Part shown: piece by piece, positions 11,901 to 50,915 of the stretch | How the letters are laid out: every line of letters starts with the position of its first letter | Position numbering within the stretch: the first letter of the stretch is position 1 | NCBI GenBank assembly: GCA_002633005.1 | Contig: NMRA01000134.1 | Coordinates: 377,467 to 441,466, forward strand | DNA length: 64,000 nucleotides | Reading direction: 5' to 3' | From: Phoronis australis | Taxonomy: Eukaryota > Animalia > Phoronida | The notes under the pieces: model-generated | Seen by the model: the letters and a program-made list of their open reading frames with translations, nothing else | The model's database searches: none | Told to the model about the DNA's origin: nothing | Program-made: the position numbers and the translations under genes

Positions 11901-13587
11901 CTGTAATGTGGGCAGATTAATTTGTGTAAGTTATTCGAGATGGGAATTTTTTTATATTTTTGTTACTGTATAAAGATGAGCCAAAGTATACGCTAGTGTT
12001 AAACAACTGTTCATCTCTTATTCTTCCAGACTATCATATGTATCAGTATTTTGTTCAAGTTGTGCCCACCACAGTGGAGACATCTAGTGCCAACATGGAT
12101 ACTTATCAATACTCAGTCACCGAGAGGGTAAGTTTGTGAAAGCAATCACTCTGCCAGCATTGCTGAGTGGTAGTCCATCAGTCAAGCAGATTTTGATCAT
12201 TCCTTTTTGTATCGTCTTCTATCATGAAAATGAACTGAAGCATGTCTGAAAGTCTTGAAAAGTTGTATTGAAGTTTGTCTTAAAGTCATATTGTGTATTG
12301 CCTTTTTTCATGGGCCCAGCAATCGTGAAAATTTACATTCAGAGTGTTAAGAGTTTATTGTAACAGGTAGTGAGCTGGAGAGTGCTGGAAGTCTCATCTT
12401 TGATGAAAATCTCTGCCACTAGGTGTCCCCGTGTTCAAACATCTCCAAATTCTTAGTGATATTTAGATAATTAAGTTGTGCTGTTATTTGCACAAGCCAG
12501 TCATGCTTTTGTGTTCAGAGTACAGGCATTGCAATCACTAACAATCACCCCTGTTCCTCTGTTCTGAACAAAAAATGATGATTATGAAATTAAACGTGTT
12601 TGTAGTTTGGGCTATTCTAGTCTTAATCACTGCACGTGATTCATGGATAGCAGCCATGAAGTTGCAACATGTCATGCTTAACTATTATGTCAGGAATTGT
12701 TTCATACTTCCTAAGTTCGTCATGAGGAAGTATGTGCAGAATTCATTTAGCTGAACTACAAAATCTTGAACTATTTGTTCCGCTTTAGAATCGAGCGATT
12801 GATCATGGCTCAGGCAGCCATGGTGTTCCTGGAATCTATGTAAAGTATGACATATCTTCACTCAAAGTCACTGTCAAGGAACAACATAAACCTTACTGGA
12901 AGTTCTTAGTACGTCTGTGTGGCATCATTGGAGGAATATTTACAACATCTGGTGAGCTGCTTCTGCTTGTTTCAATAATTTCTTGGATTTAGACTTTGAA
13001 TTGATGCTCATGGTTGATGCATTGAGTTCGTTTTGTAATTAGTGGGTTTGTTAAAGTCGCATGCATAATTTGGTCTTGGTTGCTAACTGCAAACTCTGCG
13101 AAAAAGTTTGCTACGGCACAAAGAGAATCAATGAATACCTCTCAGGATAGAAATATAAAATGTTAAGAAATCAACATTTCCTAGTGCTAGATTGTGTCAT
13201 ACGTGCTTTTAATCGAGTTGTCAATTTACACTGTCCTTGGCAAGATGTTTCATGTCATTTTAACTAATTACTGTTTTTACAGAAGATGGCCGTTATACAC
13301 CTGCAAAACGCATTAACTTTCATCTGTTGCATGTTATAGGAATGTTGAGTCAAGTAATTGGCGTTGTCATCGACGTGCTGTGCTGTCGTTACAAAGTCGG
13401 CAAATACCAAGAAGCTCCAACAAAACTGGACTCACCAGTCGGACCAGGCATAGACCTAACAGTTAGTGTTCCTGGTACAGTTGGACAATCATTGAATATT
13501 GTACCACAAAGTACACCTAGTGTTAGTAATGTAGTGGGACTGGATCCACAAGACTATGATCATACACAGGAGTTGGGGTCGTCATAG
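2904..13587 (+). CDS. ERGIC2: ER-Golgi intermediate compartment protein 2 (Erv41 family), spliced, about 419 aa
   Basis: Coding exons with GT-AG sites and consistent phases: 2904-3030, 3397-3505, 4025-4071, 4529-4745, 6627-6722, 10254-10309 (alternative 9765-9823), 11546-11644, 12030-12127, 12789-12951, 13340-13587; total 1260 nt. Motifs VKELDAFPKIPE, KINVDITVAMKC, CRLHGTLEVNKVAGNFHIT, GHAHL, YNFSHRID, YQYSVTER, GSHGVPGIYVKYD, VRLCGIIGGIF and CCRYK match ERGIC2. Confidence 0.95.
5190..5930. repeat. 50-bp minisatellite in ERGIC2 intron 4
   Basis: Unit tagtgatgtctgagggtacattacctctactggtgtctcgtggttttgtc repeats exactly from 5391 to about 5737, with degenerate copies on both sides. Confidence 0.95.
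6210..6570. repeat. Degenerate ~52-bp tandem repeat
   Basis: Recurring aatgattcatatccc...aatatatctcacaccttcccatttcatgg, about 6-7 copies. Confidence 0.85.
6730..6990. repeat. Degenerate ~42-bp tandem repeat just after ERGIC2 exon 5
   Basis: Recurring ggggccaggggtgtacatttacactgcatggtggttagtg; explains the repetitive short ORFs at 6657-7039. Confidence 0.85.
7191..7290. repeat. ~100-bp palindromic MITE-like repeat, copy 1
   Basis: Arms atagtcagatat..tgcctgcattttgagaaccagttt and aaactggttctcaaaatgtgggca..atatctgactat; second copy at 18047-18144. Confidence 0.75.
7403..9540 (+). mobile_element. Tandem or nested Helentron-associated (HINE-like) non-autonomous elements spanning an N gap
   Basis: Two starts tttttatgcgc(t/c)cacat (7403, 8291), (gtcc)n microsatellite near 8340-8360, internal repeats with gaaatttggca, subterminal inverted repeat atgcgcccaca (8296-8306) / tgtgggcgcat (9322-9332), then a short hairpin and ctcttgtt. 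Confidence 0.65.
8662..9133. other. Assembly gap (N run)
   Basis: Run of n bases. Confidence 1.
9765..9823 (+). CDS. ERGIC2: ERGIC2 alternative exon 6a (candidate mutually exclusive with 10254-10309)
   Basis: Acceptor ttttttctgcag, donor gtaggt, 59 nt, same 2/1 phases as exon 6b; encodes QTLPNFFLGHSHLTMNLAVS versus QHLPGFMGHAHLAGMVAKQ. Confidence 0.75.
11371..11443 (+). pseudogene. Degenerate tRNA-like sequence (tRNA pseudogene or SINE head)
   Basis: A-box-like tagctcagttggtagag and B-box-like gattcaaattc at tRNA spacing; stems imperfect. Confidence 0.5.
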
Positions 13588-15244
13588 CAACGTCACTATG
13601 ATCTAGAGTGTAATAATTTTTGGAATGCAATTCACACACCAAAATAATCTGTCAAAAATTACTTTTCTAGTCATGACATGAAATGACCAGTTATACTATC
13701 TGCTATAAATACAAGTTCCACTTGTGCTCAGTCGTCATGACACTTGGTAGTCATGACACTCAAGTTATCGTGACACCCAATTCCGGCTCGTTGTATCATA
13801 TTACTTTTGGCATGTGCTGTATGTGCATTTTACAGCAGGCTCAATGGTTTCATCTCGATATTCAGCGTTTGCCCTTCACTTCCATACACTGGCATCCGGT
13901 GGACCCACTCAACAAAATTCCTGGGGTTCATTTCAATCTCTTGGGATCCATCTAGAAATCATTGTACCAGTACAGAATGTTGCACATTGTATGTTTGGAA
14001 GTGATGTGAATCTAAGGGGAACTTTTTATGAAAAGTGTTCCTACAGCAATGAACAACGGGGCTGCATCTCACTTCTTCAAGGTTATTAGTTACGATGTAT
14101 CAAATATTGAATCCAAAGTCATGCAGCCGTCTGGTCAATACGTATCTTTTTCAGCTTACTATACTCAAATGATGCATGAATACAGCCTTGGACAAACTGT
14201 GTGAGTCTGTGGGATTCCATATATGCAATTTTGTTTTGTTTAATAGGGAAATATGAATTATCTTGAAAATTGCACAATACCTTGCAACAGTAACTGCCAT
14301 GTAAACCGCAAACTTGTGGACATGTCAGTCTGCCTTAGAATACTTCACTGTGCAAGACTCATGGGTTAGTATTTTAAAACACGATTCAGCGACTTGTCCC
14401 ATAAATTGGGAATTACATTAGTCGCACCATCTCCTGTAAAAGTGTATGCATCAAAAACTAACATTAACAGACTTTCACAAGTGTGGACCTAATCTTGAAG
14501 TGCTATGTTTCAGTATGGTTTACTGATTTGCCATAATTTACCCTGCCCCTTATGTTTACAATATGCAGACTTTAGTTCGCCCTTGCAGAAATTGAATTTC
14601 AAACCAGGGCTAGGCTTTTTTTTTTCGCAACAAAAATGAGATCACGAGAGATATTGTCATTCATTACAAGCACAGCTTGTGATCAAATTTGTTTTTGTTG
14701 CATCTTGCATCTACGGAATGTGCCCAGGTCCATCTTGAAACACCCTGTATTCAATGTTATTGAAATATGCAGCGTTTTGATGACATACTCAGTGACACGT
14801 GGACGTCTGCAAACGCTCTCATGCAAGTTACACCCGTGGGACTAGTTTCAAGAAACTAGCTAAAGTTCATTTTTGACTTGAGTCCAAGATTTGCCTCAAC
14901 TTCCAAACTTTGAAACTTCAACATGTGGCAAGTTAGTCAAAATTAAGACAAAACTCAAGGACCTGAGACAAATTAAAATTTTTATCTTAAAATTGGCTGA
15001 AATTTATCATTTTTCTTGGCAAAGTCAGTTTTCTTGGAACAAGCCCCAGGTCTGTTTACTGTCTCAGAATATACGCAATAGCTACTCTCGAGTGGGTATT
15101 ACAACAAAACATGTTCGTATTGTATGGACTACTTCATCTGTGTTGATGAAAACATCTGGATTGTTGGTATCATTTGACTGGCATTGTTATGACATCTACT
15201 TGTGCCAGTTTAAGCTTATTGTTCATTGTCAATGCATTTATTTT

Positions 15245-15250
15245 AATAAA
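15245..15250 (+). terminator. Candidate polyadenylation signal of ERGIC2
   Basis: AATAAA followed by a T/GT-rich tract (tttttgttggatttt), about 1.65 kb after the stop codon. Confidence 0.45.
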
Positions 15251-16192
15251 TTCGACATTTTTGTTGGATTTTAGTTGTCACTAGGATGTGCATGCCTGAT
15301 CCAGAGAAAATGCCAACAGTCCACTTTGCCAGCAAATTGTAATTTCCGTTCTCGCACACTATACACACTCATTCTTAGGTTTAGAAGGGATCGTATCAAC
15401 CATGTTCCTGCACCAGGCAAGAGACAGTTGTTTATGTCTATAAAGAAGCAGAAAGTAGTAATATTCATTCGCTGGGACTTCCAAGTAAAGCTATTTCACT
15501 TTTTGAATCTTTCAATATTTTTCTCCAAGTTTAAATTCCCTAGCTCCCTCCCTAACCATTACTCATTTAGCTTGAAAAAGACTACTGATGAGTAAGGCAG
15601 ACCAAGCTTGTCAAAAATCTTGAAAAAGCTGGTTAGGCCAATCATCTGCAAGAATGTCTTACATCTATGGCATGCAGCACACCGCGCTGGTGGCACTATT
15701 TATCACCTATTTGTGAGAAGCTGGATTTGTTGAAAAGGCACCACTGATCAGTCCAGTTTAGCAAGTGACTGACAATTCACTCCGAGGTGATCTGATTTGA
15801 CTTGTGCACATTCCATTGCTCTTTGGTGCTGGGCAAAGTTGCTTTGTTCCCACACCGCTAGATGGTGCTGGGGTGACTAACTAGCCAGAAATAAAAGGTA
15901 CAACAACCAAACGTGAGGAGATAAAAACTGTGTACCTTCAAAACAATCTATGATTTCACTGACAATAAAAAATAATAATTTTACATGAAAATACTATAAA
16001 ATGTGTATTATTTGAACACAGTTTTTCATTGCCACAATGACAAACTCAAACAATGACTTTTCACATTGACATCAACCATAAGTCACCAGTAAAGAGTACA
16101 TCCAATCCAGATAAATCCAGTTTCCAAATGTCAATCAATGAGTAGAATGCTCCTCCCAATGAATTCCAACATTGTCCATAGTCATCGCAGTG

Positions 16193-43136
<26,944 letters not shown>

Positions 43137-43487
43137 TTTGAAATTCTATCAGTAGGTAGCGGCACCTTGTGAGCGCTTCTTCACTATGGCGACAAAGGCG
43201 AGAAAGCAAATAAAATTCATTTTTTGTTTTAAAAAACGAAATCAACGGCAGTAATAAGTACCTTAAGATTATTTTTTCAAACTTATCATTATACATTGTT
43301 TCAGTCAGATAAACGTATCGGAATACATTCTTGGCAGTGCTCCAAGGCGCGCTTAAAATTCAACCAATCAAGGCAAACCAAAATAAAGGAGTACGAGCAC
43401 GTGCTCCCATTCATGATCTCCTAGAAGAGACAGAGCCACTGTTGTCAACATAGCAAACGTTGAAAAAAGTCAAAACTTTGACAGAAA
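43137..43487. promoter_or_regulatory. Candidate bidirectional promoter between RUVBL2 and a + strand gene
   Basis: Divergent ATGs about 350 bp apart, YY1-type CAAAATGGCGGC over the RUVBL2 start, CCAAT box near 43364, CACGTG near 43398. Confidence 0.55.
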
Positions 43488-43550
43488 ATGGCAAAGATGG
43501 ACGGCGATATCACTTCCCCAGCATCTCAAGCTCAACTTCTACCATTTCCT
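43488..43550 (+). CDS. Candidate first coding exon of an unidentified gene (MAKMDGDITSPASQAQLLPFP)
   Basis: Kozak-like aaaATGG, 21 open codons, consensus phase-0 donor gtaagt, position head to head with RUVBL2. Product not recognised. Confidence 0.5.
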
Positions 43551-43659
43551 GTAAGTTTTTCTCTTGAATATTAGTTATTTACATTGAAATGAACGTTTTT
43601 CTGCTCAATACTACGTGTCTCGCGGATTGTAAACAATGAAAATGGCGGTAATATTGATA

Positions 43660-43685
43660 GTGTGTGTGTGTGTGTGTGTGTGTGT
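43660..43685. repeat. (TG)n microsatellite
   Basis: Direct reading. Confidence 0.95.
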
Positions 43686-46600
43686 TTACTTTTGTGAAAT
43701 GACTTGCTCAATTGGTTTTACGTGAAAACACTTGTATCGTATTGACAGTGTTCGAAAATACAATATTTTTCAAGACGTGGCATTAATGTTGAAGCTTGCC
43801 AAGTTTTGCGCTTATATTGGGCAAACTTCCAAGTTTTTAAGGACGGGTTGCGAATTCGCGTAGGCGACAGACATGTTGGCAACTAGTCCACGTGGCATTG
43901 AATTTTATTGAATTTTATACAAATTACTGGAAATTCTTGGAATTTAAAAGCGTTTTTATAAAAACTCCCATTAGTAAGTTCGTGCAACTCAATTTATGAT
44001 GTAGGATTATTGTCCCGATTCTTTCTCTACTGAAAGCCTGCGTGATTTTCAGGCTCAATCGGTCAATGTCTTCGACCCCGATCATTCATTTCAAATTCAG
44101 TTTTATTATTTGTACACGAACTTCCTCGTCTCAGAGAACAAGGGTGGCGGGTATAAAAAATTGCTGCCAGTAAGCGTATCATTATCCACATACTGTTAAT
44201 ATGTGTCCTGTTAAGTGACATTCTGCTATTTCCGCGCGTGAAGTTCAATAGGTCACAACGTAATAAGTTTCTGTGTAAATTGCGTGCAGTTCATTATCCA
44301 CTGAAGTCTAAAAACTGTTTTACACCAGTAGGTCTATTCCAGAATACATTATAATGAGATCTGGCAAGTAAGCCACATGAATATTATATACAATTACTAT
44401 TTTATAAGTTTTACAGAAAATAACCAAATTTTGTGTATTAATTATTTTTTTGATGAATTCCATGGCCATTTGTTACTGCAGTACTATTAGTATTAGCATG
44501 AGTCACTAGGTGAAAGAAGAATCCAGCGTGGAATTTGTTGGTGTGTGAGAAGCCTGTCTGCCCGATATGGTATGTACTAGAAAGCCAAACCCTCTCAAAC
44601 TATGTCAACAAACTAGAATGACCCAGCAATAATGGTAAACCCAGCAATAATGGTAAACTGACTGGAGTTGCCCTGCGCTAACTGACCGTAGTGGACTCTC
44701 CCAATAACAAAATAGGAGAAAAGGGAAGAAAAAAGAAATAATATGGACTTAGTGAAAAGTTTTTCCAGGTAGCAACCCAATTTACCAGTGACCAATACCT
44801 CTTTGTCAAAGGTAAGCAGTTGATAATAACAGTTGCCCACTAATCCCTCATGAAAAAATTTTAAGACCACATATTTGAATAGCCGGTTGTGGTTTGTCAA
44901 CCATTCATTCATTCGTTCATTCATTCGTTCCAGAATTTTGGCGGGAGAGGAGATCATTTCCTGCTGGAGTGGTGCTGTCTACTCCTTTGTTTACTTCTGA
45001 CCTCAGTCAGTAGCACCTTACCTATCTTGAGATAAACTCAATGACCCCAACTTTATCCAGTCTGTGTTTGTTTTAATTGACAACTCTCTTAGATTAAATT
45101 CCGGTCCCAGTAACAGTGTTGCTTGGTCTACACTAATTTAATTGTACTAAATTGAATAAAAAGACAAAATGTGGCTAACATTCATCATTCCTACGTAGTC
45201 ATGTTTGCTTGATTGGAGTATGAAGGAAATTCTTAACCGTCATCAACCTGTAATTATTGGAAGTTCTTTATCTGCTTTAAATGAACAATAACAGTTAGCG
45301 TAATCAAGAGATTCTGAAGTATGAAGAAAATTCATAACTTTCATCTGATGGTAACAAAGAGAAAACAGAGTGCCTTGGGGGAAGTGCTTAAACGCAACAC
45401 TTTGTGAAGAACAAAACAAAGTTCTTGTTTAAAGTGGTATAGAATGTGAGAAACAAGACTAAATTGCATTATTCAAAGTGGTTCTCTGCCATTGAAACAG
45501 AAGTCAAACTGTTCAACAAGTATTTTTACAGTTTGTTCATAAAGATATTGAATTTCTGTTGATGTCAAAGCGCTTCCTTTAATTTAAAAAAAAAAAGTTT
45601 GTCTACTGCTTGTCACATAATGGATTTTTCTTCCACAAAGCAAAGGAACTTTACTTATTTGGTATGGCAAGACACGGGTGTAGCCCTTTTCCCTTATATG
45701 GAAATGTGACCTTCGGTGTAAACAAAACAATGGCGATTTCAGGTGGCAGCCAGTCTGACCTCTTTGAGTGCATACTCCCATATGTATTATTAGGGGTGGA
45801 CAATTTGGAAACTGTATGGGGACATTTTTATTTCGTCTGAGTTTCAAGAATAGTGAATCTGATGATTTTTTTCTAGAATTTCACTCAATATTTAAAGTAT
45901 TTTTACACGTTTCGCGTTCTGTGTCTCTCTTATCACTTTTTTAATCTAAGGTAAGACCAAATACATTGAAGAAAACTAAAAAATGTTAAATTTAACAAAC
46001 CAGTTTCTGTTTGTCTCCCAGTTATAAGTACGGCATTTGAACATATCTGATTTGAATCCCAGGTCCAGTGATGACTGGTTACCGTAGTGTCAAAATATCG
46101 CTTCAAAATTGGACATCAAGTTGTGCAATTATAAATCTTAACTTTAAAAGTAACTGATGAGGTTTCAGTGGTTAAGTTAAGTAAAAATGCTTCCTCTAAA
46201 ACATTTCCAGACAAAACGGTTCAGTTTCACACTCTGGATGTAATTACATAAAGTCCTTCAACTTGCTGCAGAACACGTGGGCGTCTGTTGTGGTGTTACA
46301 CATTGGTCTGCCAGCTGCTTCACATCTAATTACACTGAGTTGATGAAACTGCTTGCTTGCATAATGATTAAAGAGAAGACTAGTCAAAACACACGAAGCT
46401 GGAAGAAAGAGCATTCCAAATAATGTTCTTTCAGCAGAACTTTCTTTGTTTAATTATAATGTAATTTACAGGGCTTGAAATTTTCCTTTTTTGAGATGAT
46501 TTCCACTTTTTTGGTTTCGGTTTCCTCTTATTTGATTTCTAGTTTCTTCTTTTTTGTTAATTTTTTAATCATTATTTTGACTTTATCCATGCATAAACAT

Positions 46601-48499
46601 TTATTTCAGTTATATTTTACGATACAAGAAATATATCTATCACACAAGCCTATTTATTTGTGTAACGATACATCACGTGTAAAATTTTCTTCTTTTTTGT
46701 CGTTGGTCATTCCAAGCCATGAATTTAATCAAGAATTTTTAGTTCACTTTTCGCTGTTGTGTACCATTTTCGCCTTTGGCATTTGAGCTGAGAAAAAAAG
46801 GTATTGAAGTGCTTGAAACTGTTGTTTTGATGTCAGTAATTTTGTGGTTTTGGTTACTGAAATTCGTGATAGGCATGTATGGAAGACTAAATCTGTAATC
46901 TTTTGTCATGCATCCCTACATGTATGGGGACATGTTCAAACCTTTATCCCTTGTTCCAGTCAAAAACTTATAGAGCAATGAGAGTGGATTCACTGTCAAA
47001 TGGTGTGATTAAATGGGACACAGTGAGTTACAAAACCAATGGTATTCATGTCATTGGGTTGTAGTTGACCACCACCCTTTCAGGTCCTCCTCCCATTGTA
47101 AAGTATGGATGGCATCTGAGGAAAACTCAGGAGGACCCACCATTTTCAGGTCTTAAAATTTCCAGGACTCGTGCCTTCAAGTTGAGAATTGTAAATCGAT
47201 TACTGGTTGAAATTAGGGGTGGGCGTATCTGAGCATGGGCATTAAGGTATGAGAATTTGAACATTTGCCGGTGGATGTTTAGCAGACTGTGGGTGTTAAC
47301 CCAGACAAGTATGGTATGTACTTAGCGTTCCCAGGAACATGAGGTAATTTAATCTAATATGGAAAATTGGTGTATTTACCATTCATATGTGACATTAGGA
47401 CTGTGGGAGTTAATTGCAAGTTATCAGTAGCCTTTGATAAAATAAACTAATATCTAAGGGTATGGTACATCCTGTTGCTATAAGGGTTCATGTTGGTGAT
47501 CTACACAAGATTACTGTGGGGAGATATTTGGCCGATTCAGGGTCGAATCTTGTGCAATAATTTGCTGAATCAGTAGTAGGGAAAAAGTTTTAACGTGAAT
47601 GCAAAAATACCGCAGTTCAGGTTTTACCGAATTTTGCAGAATTTATTGCTGAAAGTGGTTCAGACGCGACGAGGGTATGGATTGGTCCCTCATCCAAATA
47701 ACTTTCCTTTACTTTTTAAATCCATGTTGGTAACGACAACTTTTGTAATCTCATTGTATCATGCACTGGTGTTAGTTGACAGAAAGTGTGGAGAACTGAA
47801 GCGACATCTATCTAGCTAGTCCACTCGTGTGACTTTCCAAACAAGAAAGTCAATGCAGTCAGGACCGTGACTGTGCTTTTGGTTTGTGTGAAGCAGACTG
47901 CACTCTGGAGGCTGGAATGAGGCTACTAATGAGGGGGCACCAAAGCAACAACTCCATTCACTGCATTTCAAAATGTTAAATTTTGCTGAGACTGTGTGAG
48001 ACAAAAACAGTTGAATGAACTAGGGCCTAGTACATTTATATTTTTATGCCTTCATGTGAAGTGTCAACTCTGATGGCTGGGCATGTAGCTTTCTGGCTGC
48101 AGTGACCCACAACAAAAATTCAAAAAGTGTAAATGATTGTCAAGTTGTTTAGAAGATCTGCCCGTATAACATCAGTCTGCATTTGGGTTTAAAATGGAAA
48201 AGATACTTACCCTGGTGAATTACACATACATCGAATTCTGTGGGAACACCCAGCTATGTGGAGCTTAATCCTAACTACAATTGATCTTTTGTAAGCCTGA
48301 GTACATCTATGATAATTGAAATGCACTGGAATAATTATTCTAAGACTTCCTTCTCTTTGGGGCAGATTATGGGTGTTGTACAGCCCTTAAAGGTTTCAAC
48401 AGACAGTTGTATTGTTGATTAAGTTGTTTTGTGCCCAAGAAAAAATAGTTAACTGTTGGAGTGTTTTTAAGTAGCAGTTAGTAGTTGAGGTCCTTGCAG

Positions 48500-48558
48500 G
48501 TTGACATGAAGAGTGACAACAGACAGCTGAGCAATATCCCAATGTCAGAAGTTACTAG
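48500..48558 (+). CDS. Possible internal exon of the + strand gene (VDMKSDNRQLSNIPMSEVT)
   Basis: Acceptor tccttgcag, open frame in phase 0, weak donor ag|gtagtg. No recognisable family. Confidence 0.25.
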
Positions 48559-48559
48559 G

Positions 48560-49440
48560 TAGTGTTATATAGTGTATAGTGTGAGGCTGAACACAGGGCA
48601 CATATAAATGTGTTGTGTATAATGTAAAGTAGAGCATCTGAAACTGAAAATAGTGTAGCGGTAGGTGGAGCACTTAAAACTATGTAGTGTATTGATAGTG
48701 TAAGGAAGAGCTCCTATAACTGTGTTATATAGTGTACAGTGAAAGCTAGAGCACCTGTAGTTGTATATACTGTATAGTGTAAGGTGGAGAAACTGTATGT
48801 AGATGTAGTGTGTGAATAGAGTAAGGTGGAGCGCCTATAACTGTAAATAGTGTACAGTGAAAGCTAGAGCACCTGTAGGTGTATATACTGTATAGTGTAA
48901 GGTGGAGAAACTGTATGTAGATGTGTGTGAGTAGAGTAAGGTGGAGCGCCTATAACTGTAAATAGTGTATAGTGTAAAATAGAGCATCTATAACTGAATA
49001 TAGTTTATAGTGTAAGGTGGAGCATCTTAAGCTGTGTATAGTGTAAGATGGAGCACCTATAACTGTATTTATCGTATATGAGTAATGTAAGGTGTAGCAC
49101 TTGTAACTGTATGTAATTTATAGTGTAAGGTGGAGCACCTATAACTAATTAGTGAAATAATAGTGTCAGGTACGGTATCTGTAACTTATGTAGTTTATAG
49201 TGTAAGGTGGAGCACCTATAACTGTAAATAGTGAAATAATAGTGTAAGGTACAGTAACTGTAACTTATGTAGTATATAGTGTAAGGTGGAGCAACTATGG
49301 TGGAGCAACTGTAAGTCAAAAAGTGTATTAATAGTGTAAGATAGAGCACCTGTAACTGTACATAGTGTATAGTGTATAGTGTTAGGTGGAGTACCTATAA
49401 TTGTATGTAGTGTATTAATAGTGAAAGGTAGAGCATCTAT
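48560..49440. repeat. Degenerate ~40-bp tandem repeat array
   Basis: Recurring tagtgtatagtgtaaggtggagcacctataactgta. Confidence 0.9.
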
Positions 49441-50677
49441 GACAACAGTATGAAAAGGCTTGCAGTTATCAAAAAGGTCATGTAAACTCAGTTTAAATAT
49501 CTTTCGAAAAGTTGGACAAGTGATTATTAGTCCTGGATGTGTTTTTCATTTACATTTTGTGGTCAGCTGTGCACTGTGAAGTACTGATGTCTGTCTCCTC
49601 AAAATGTGCAGCAAGTTTTTTCAATTATGAGACACTATATAGTATTTGAGGAATGTAGGGTGAACACACAGAGAGTTGTTTAAGAGTGGGAGGCCAATAT
49701 TCTGTAATCCAAGCCAGTGGAACATGTCTGTGAATTACACCAATTCACTTCTAGCATGAGCCACTATGACAGGTCTGAGGTGGGTGTAATTAGGTGGCTG
49801 AAAATCTGGAGTTTAATTAGTTAGAATTGGGCGAGACGAATAAAAGAATTGAGGAATGTAATAGTGTTTTTGTCTGGGAGAACTGAATGAAATGTATCAG
49901 CTCTTTGTGGCTTTTAAAGTGAGTGCTAGCTGAGGCACTATGTGGTCACAATTCAGTTCAAGGAACAAGTCATTAATCAATTCATCCATTCGCATTTTTT
50001 ATTAGGAACTGTGCAAAAAACTTTTCTGTAACTGTTGAGAGTTATCTAAATTAGAAGCTGTCCAACAGTCATTCAGTGCTGGTAGCCTGCCCCTGCAGGG
50101 ACTCTGAACACAACGTTGGTTAGGAAATGGCTGTTGTCTATTGTTTCAATCGTAAAATCTATTGATTTTCATTATTAATCACACATATGGTATGCTTGCA
50201 ATCCCTCAGCTAACAATCGATTCGTTCATGCAAGCTTGGAATGTTATTCCATAGGGTAATTAGTAAAATTTCCAGTCATGGGTTCATTGGCTATTGTAGT
50301 CCAGATGTGATGACCAGTGCCACTGACCCAGAATCCATATTGTAAGCACTGGTATAAAGTGAAGTGATGACATGCATCTTTCTGCCTGCTGAGAGACTGG
50401 ATCAATAGAAGACTCTACTGACCAAGGATGACGGGCAAAACACACACAGGCAAACACACAGACTAACACACAAGCTGTCTCAGTTTGTTGACAATTCCTA
50501 TGACTACAAACACTAAGGCGGTAGTGCCATTATGTATTGATTTTAAATGCCCTGTTGTTGCTGTGCACTCTTTGACTACCAGAAAAAAAATAAATTCATT
50601 GTTATTAGCAGTTATCCAAAGTTATGTGCTTACTTGATTATTTTTGATGCAAATGCCTTAGAAGAAAGTCTAATTAT

Positions 50678-50915
50678 TCATTCAGCCTTGCCAATGTCTG
50701 GTGATGATCACTGAATTAAAGTTTCATTCAGCCTTGCCAGGCCCACTGTCTGATGTTGATTGCTGAATGAAAATTCCATTCAGTCTTGCCAGGCACACTG
50801 TCTGGTGATGATCACTGAATGAAAGTTTCATTCAGCCTTGCCAGGCCCATTGTCTGATGTTGATTGCTGAATGAAAATTCCATTCAGTCTTATGCTGTTC
50901 ACTATCTGGTGGTGA
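50678..50915. repeat. ~52-bp tandem repeat with dimeric structure
   Basis: Recurring cattcag(c/t)cttgccaggc.cactgtctg.tg.tgat..ctgaatgaaa. Confidence 0.85.

Noticed and set aside
48202-48215. U1 snRNA 5' end (atacttacc...gg)
   Set aside because: Only a short imperfect match, with no U1 body or Sm site downstream.
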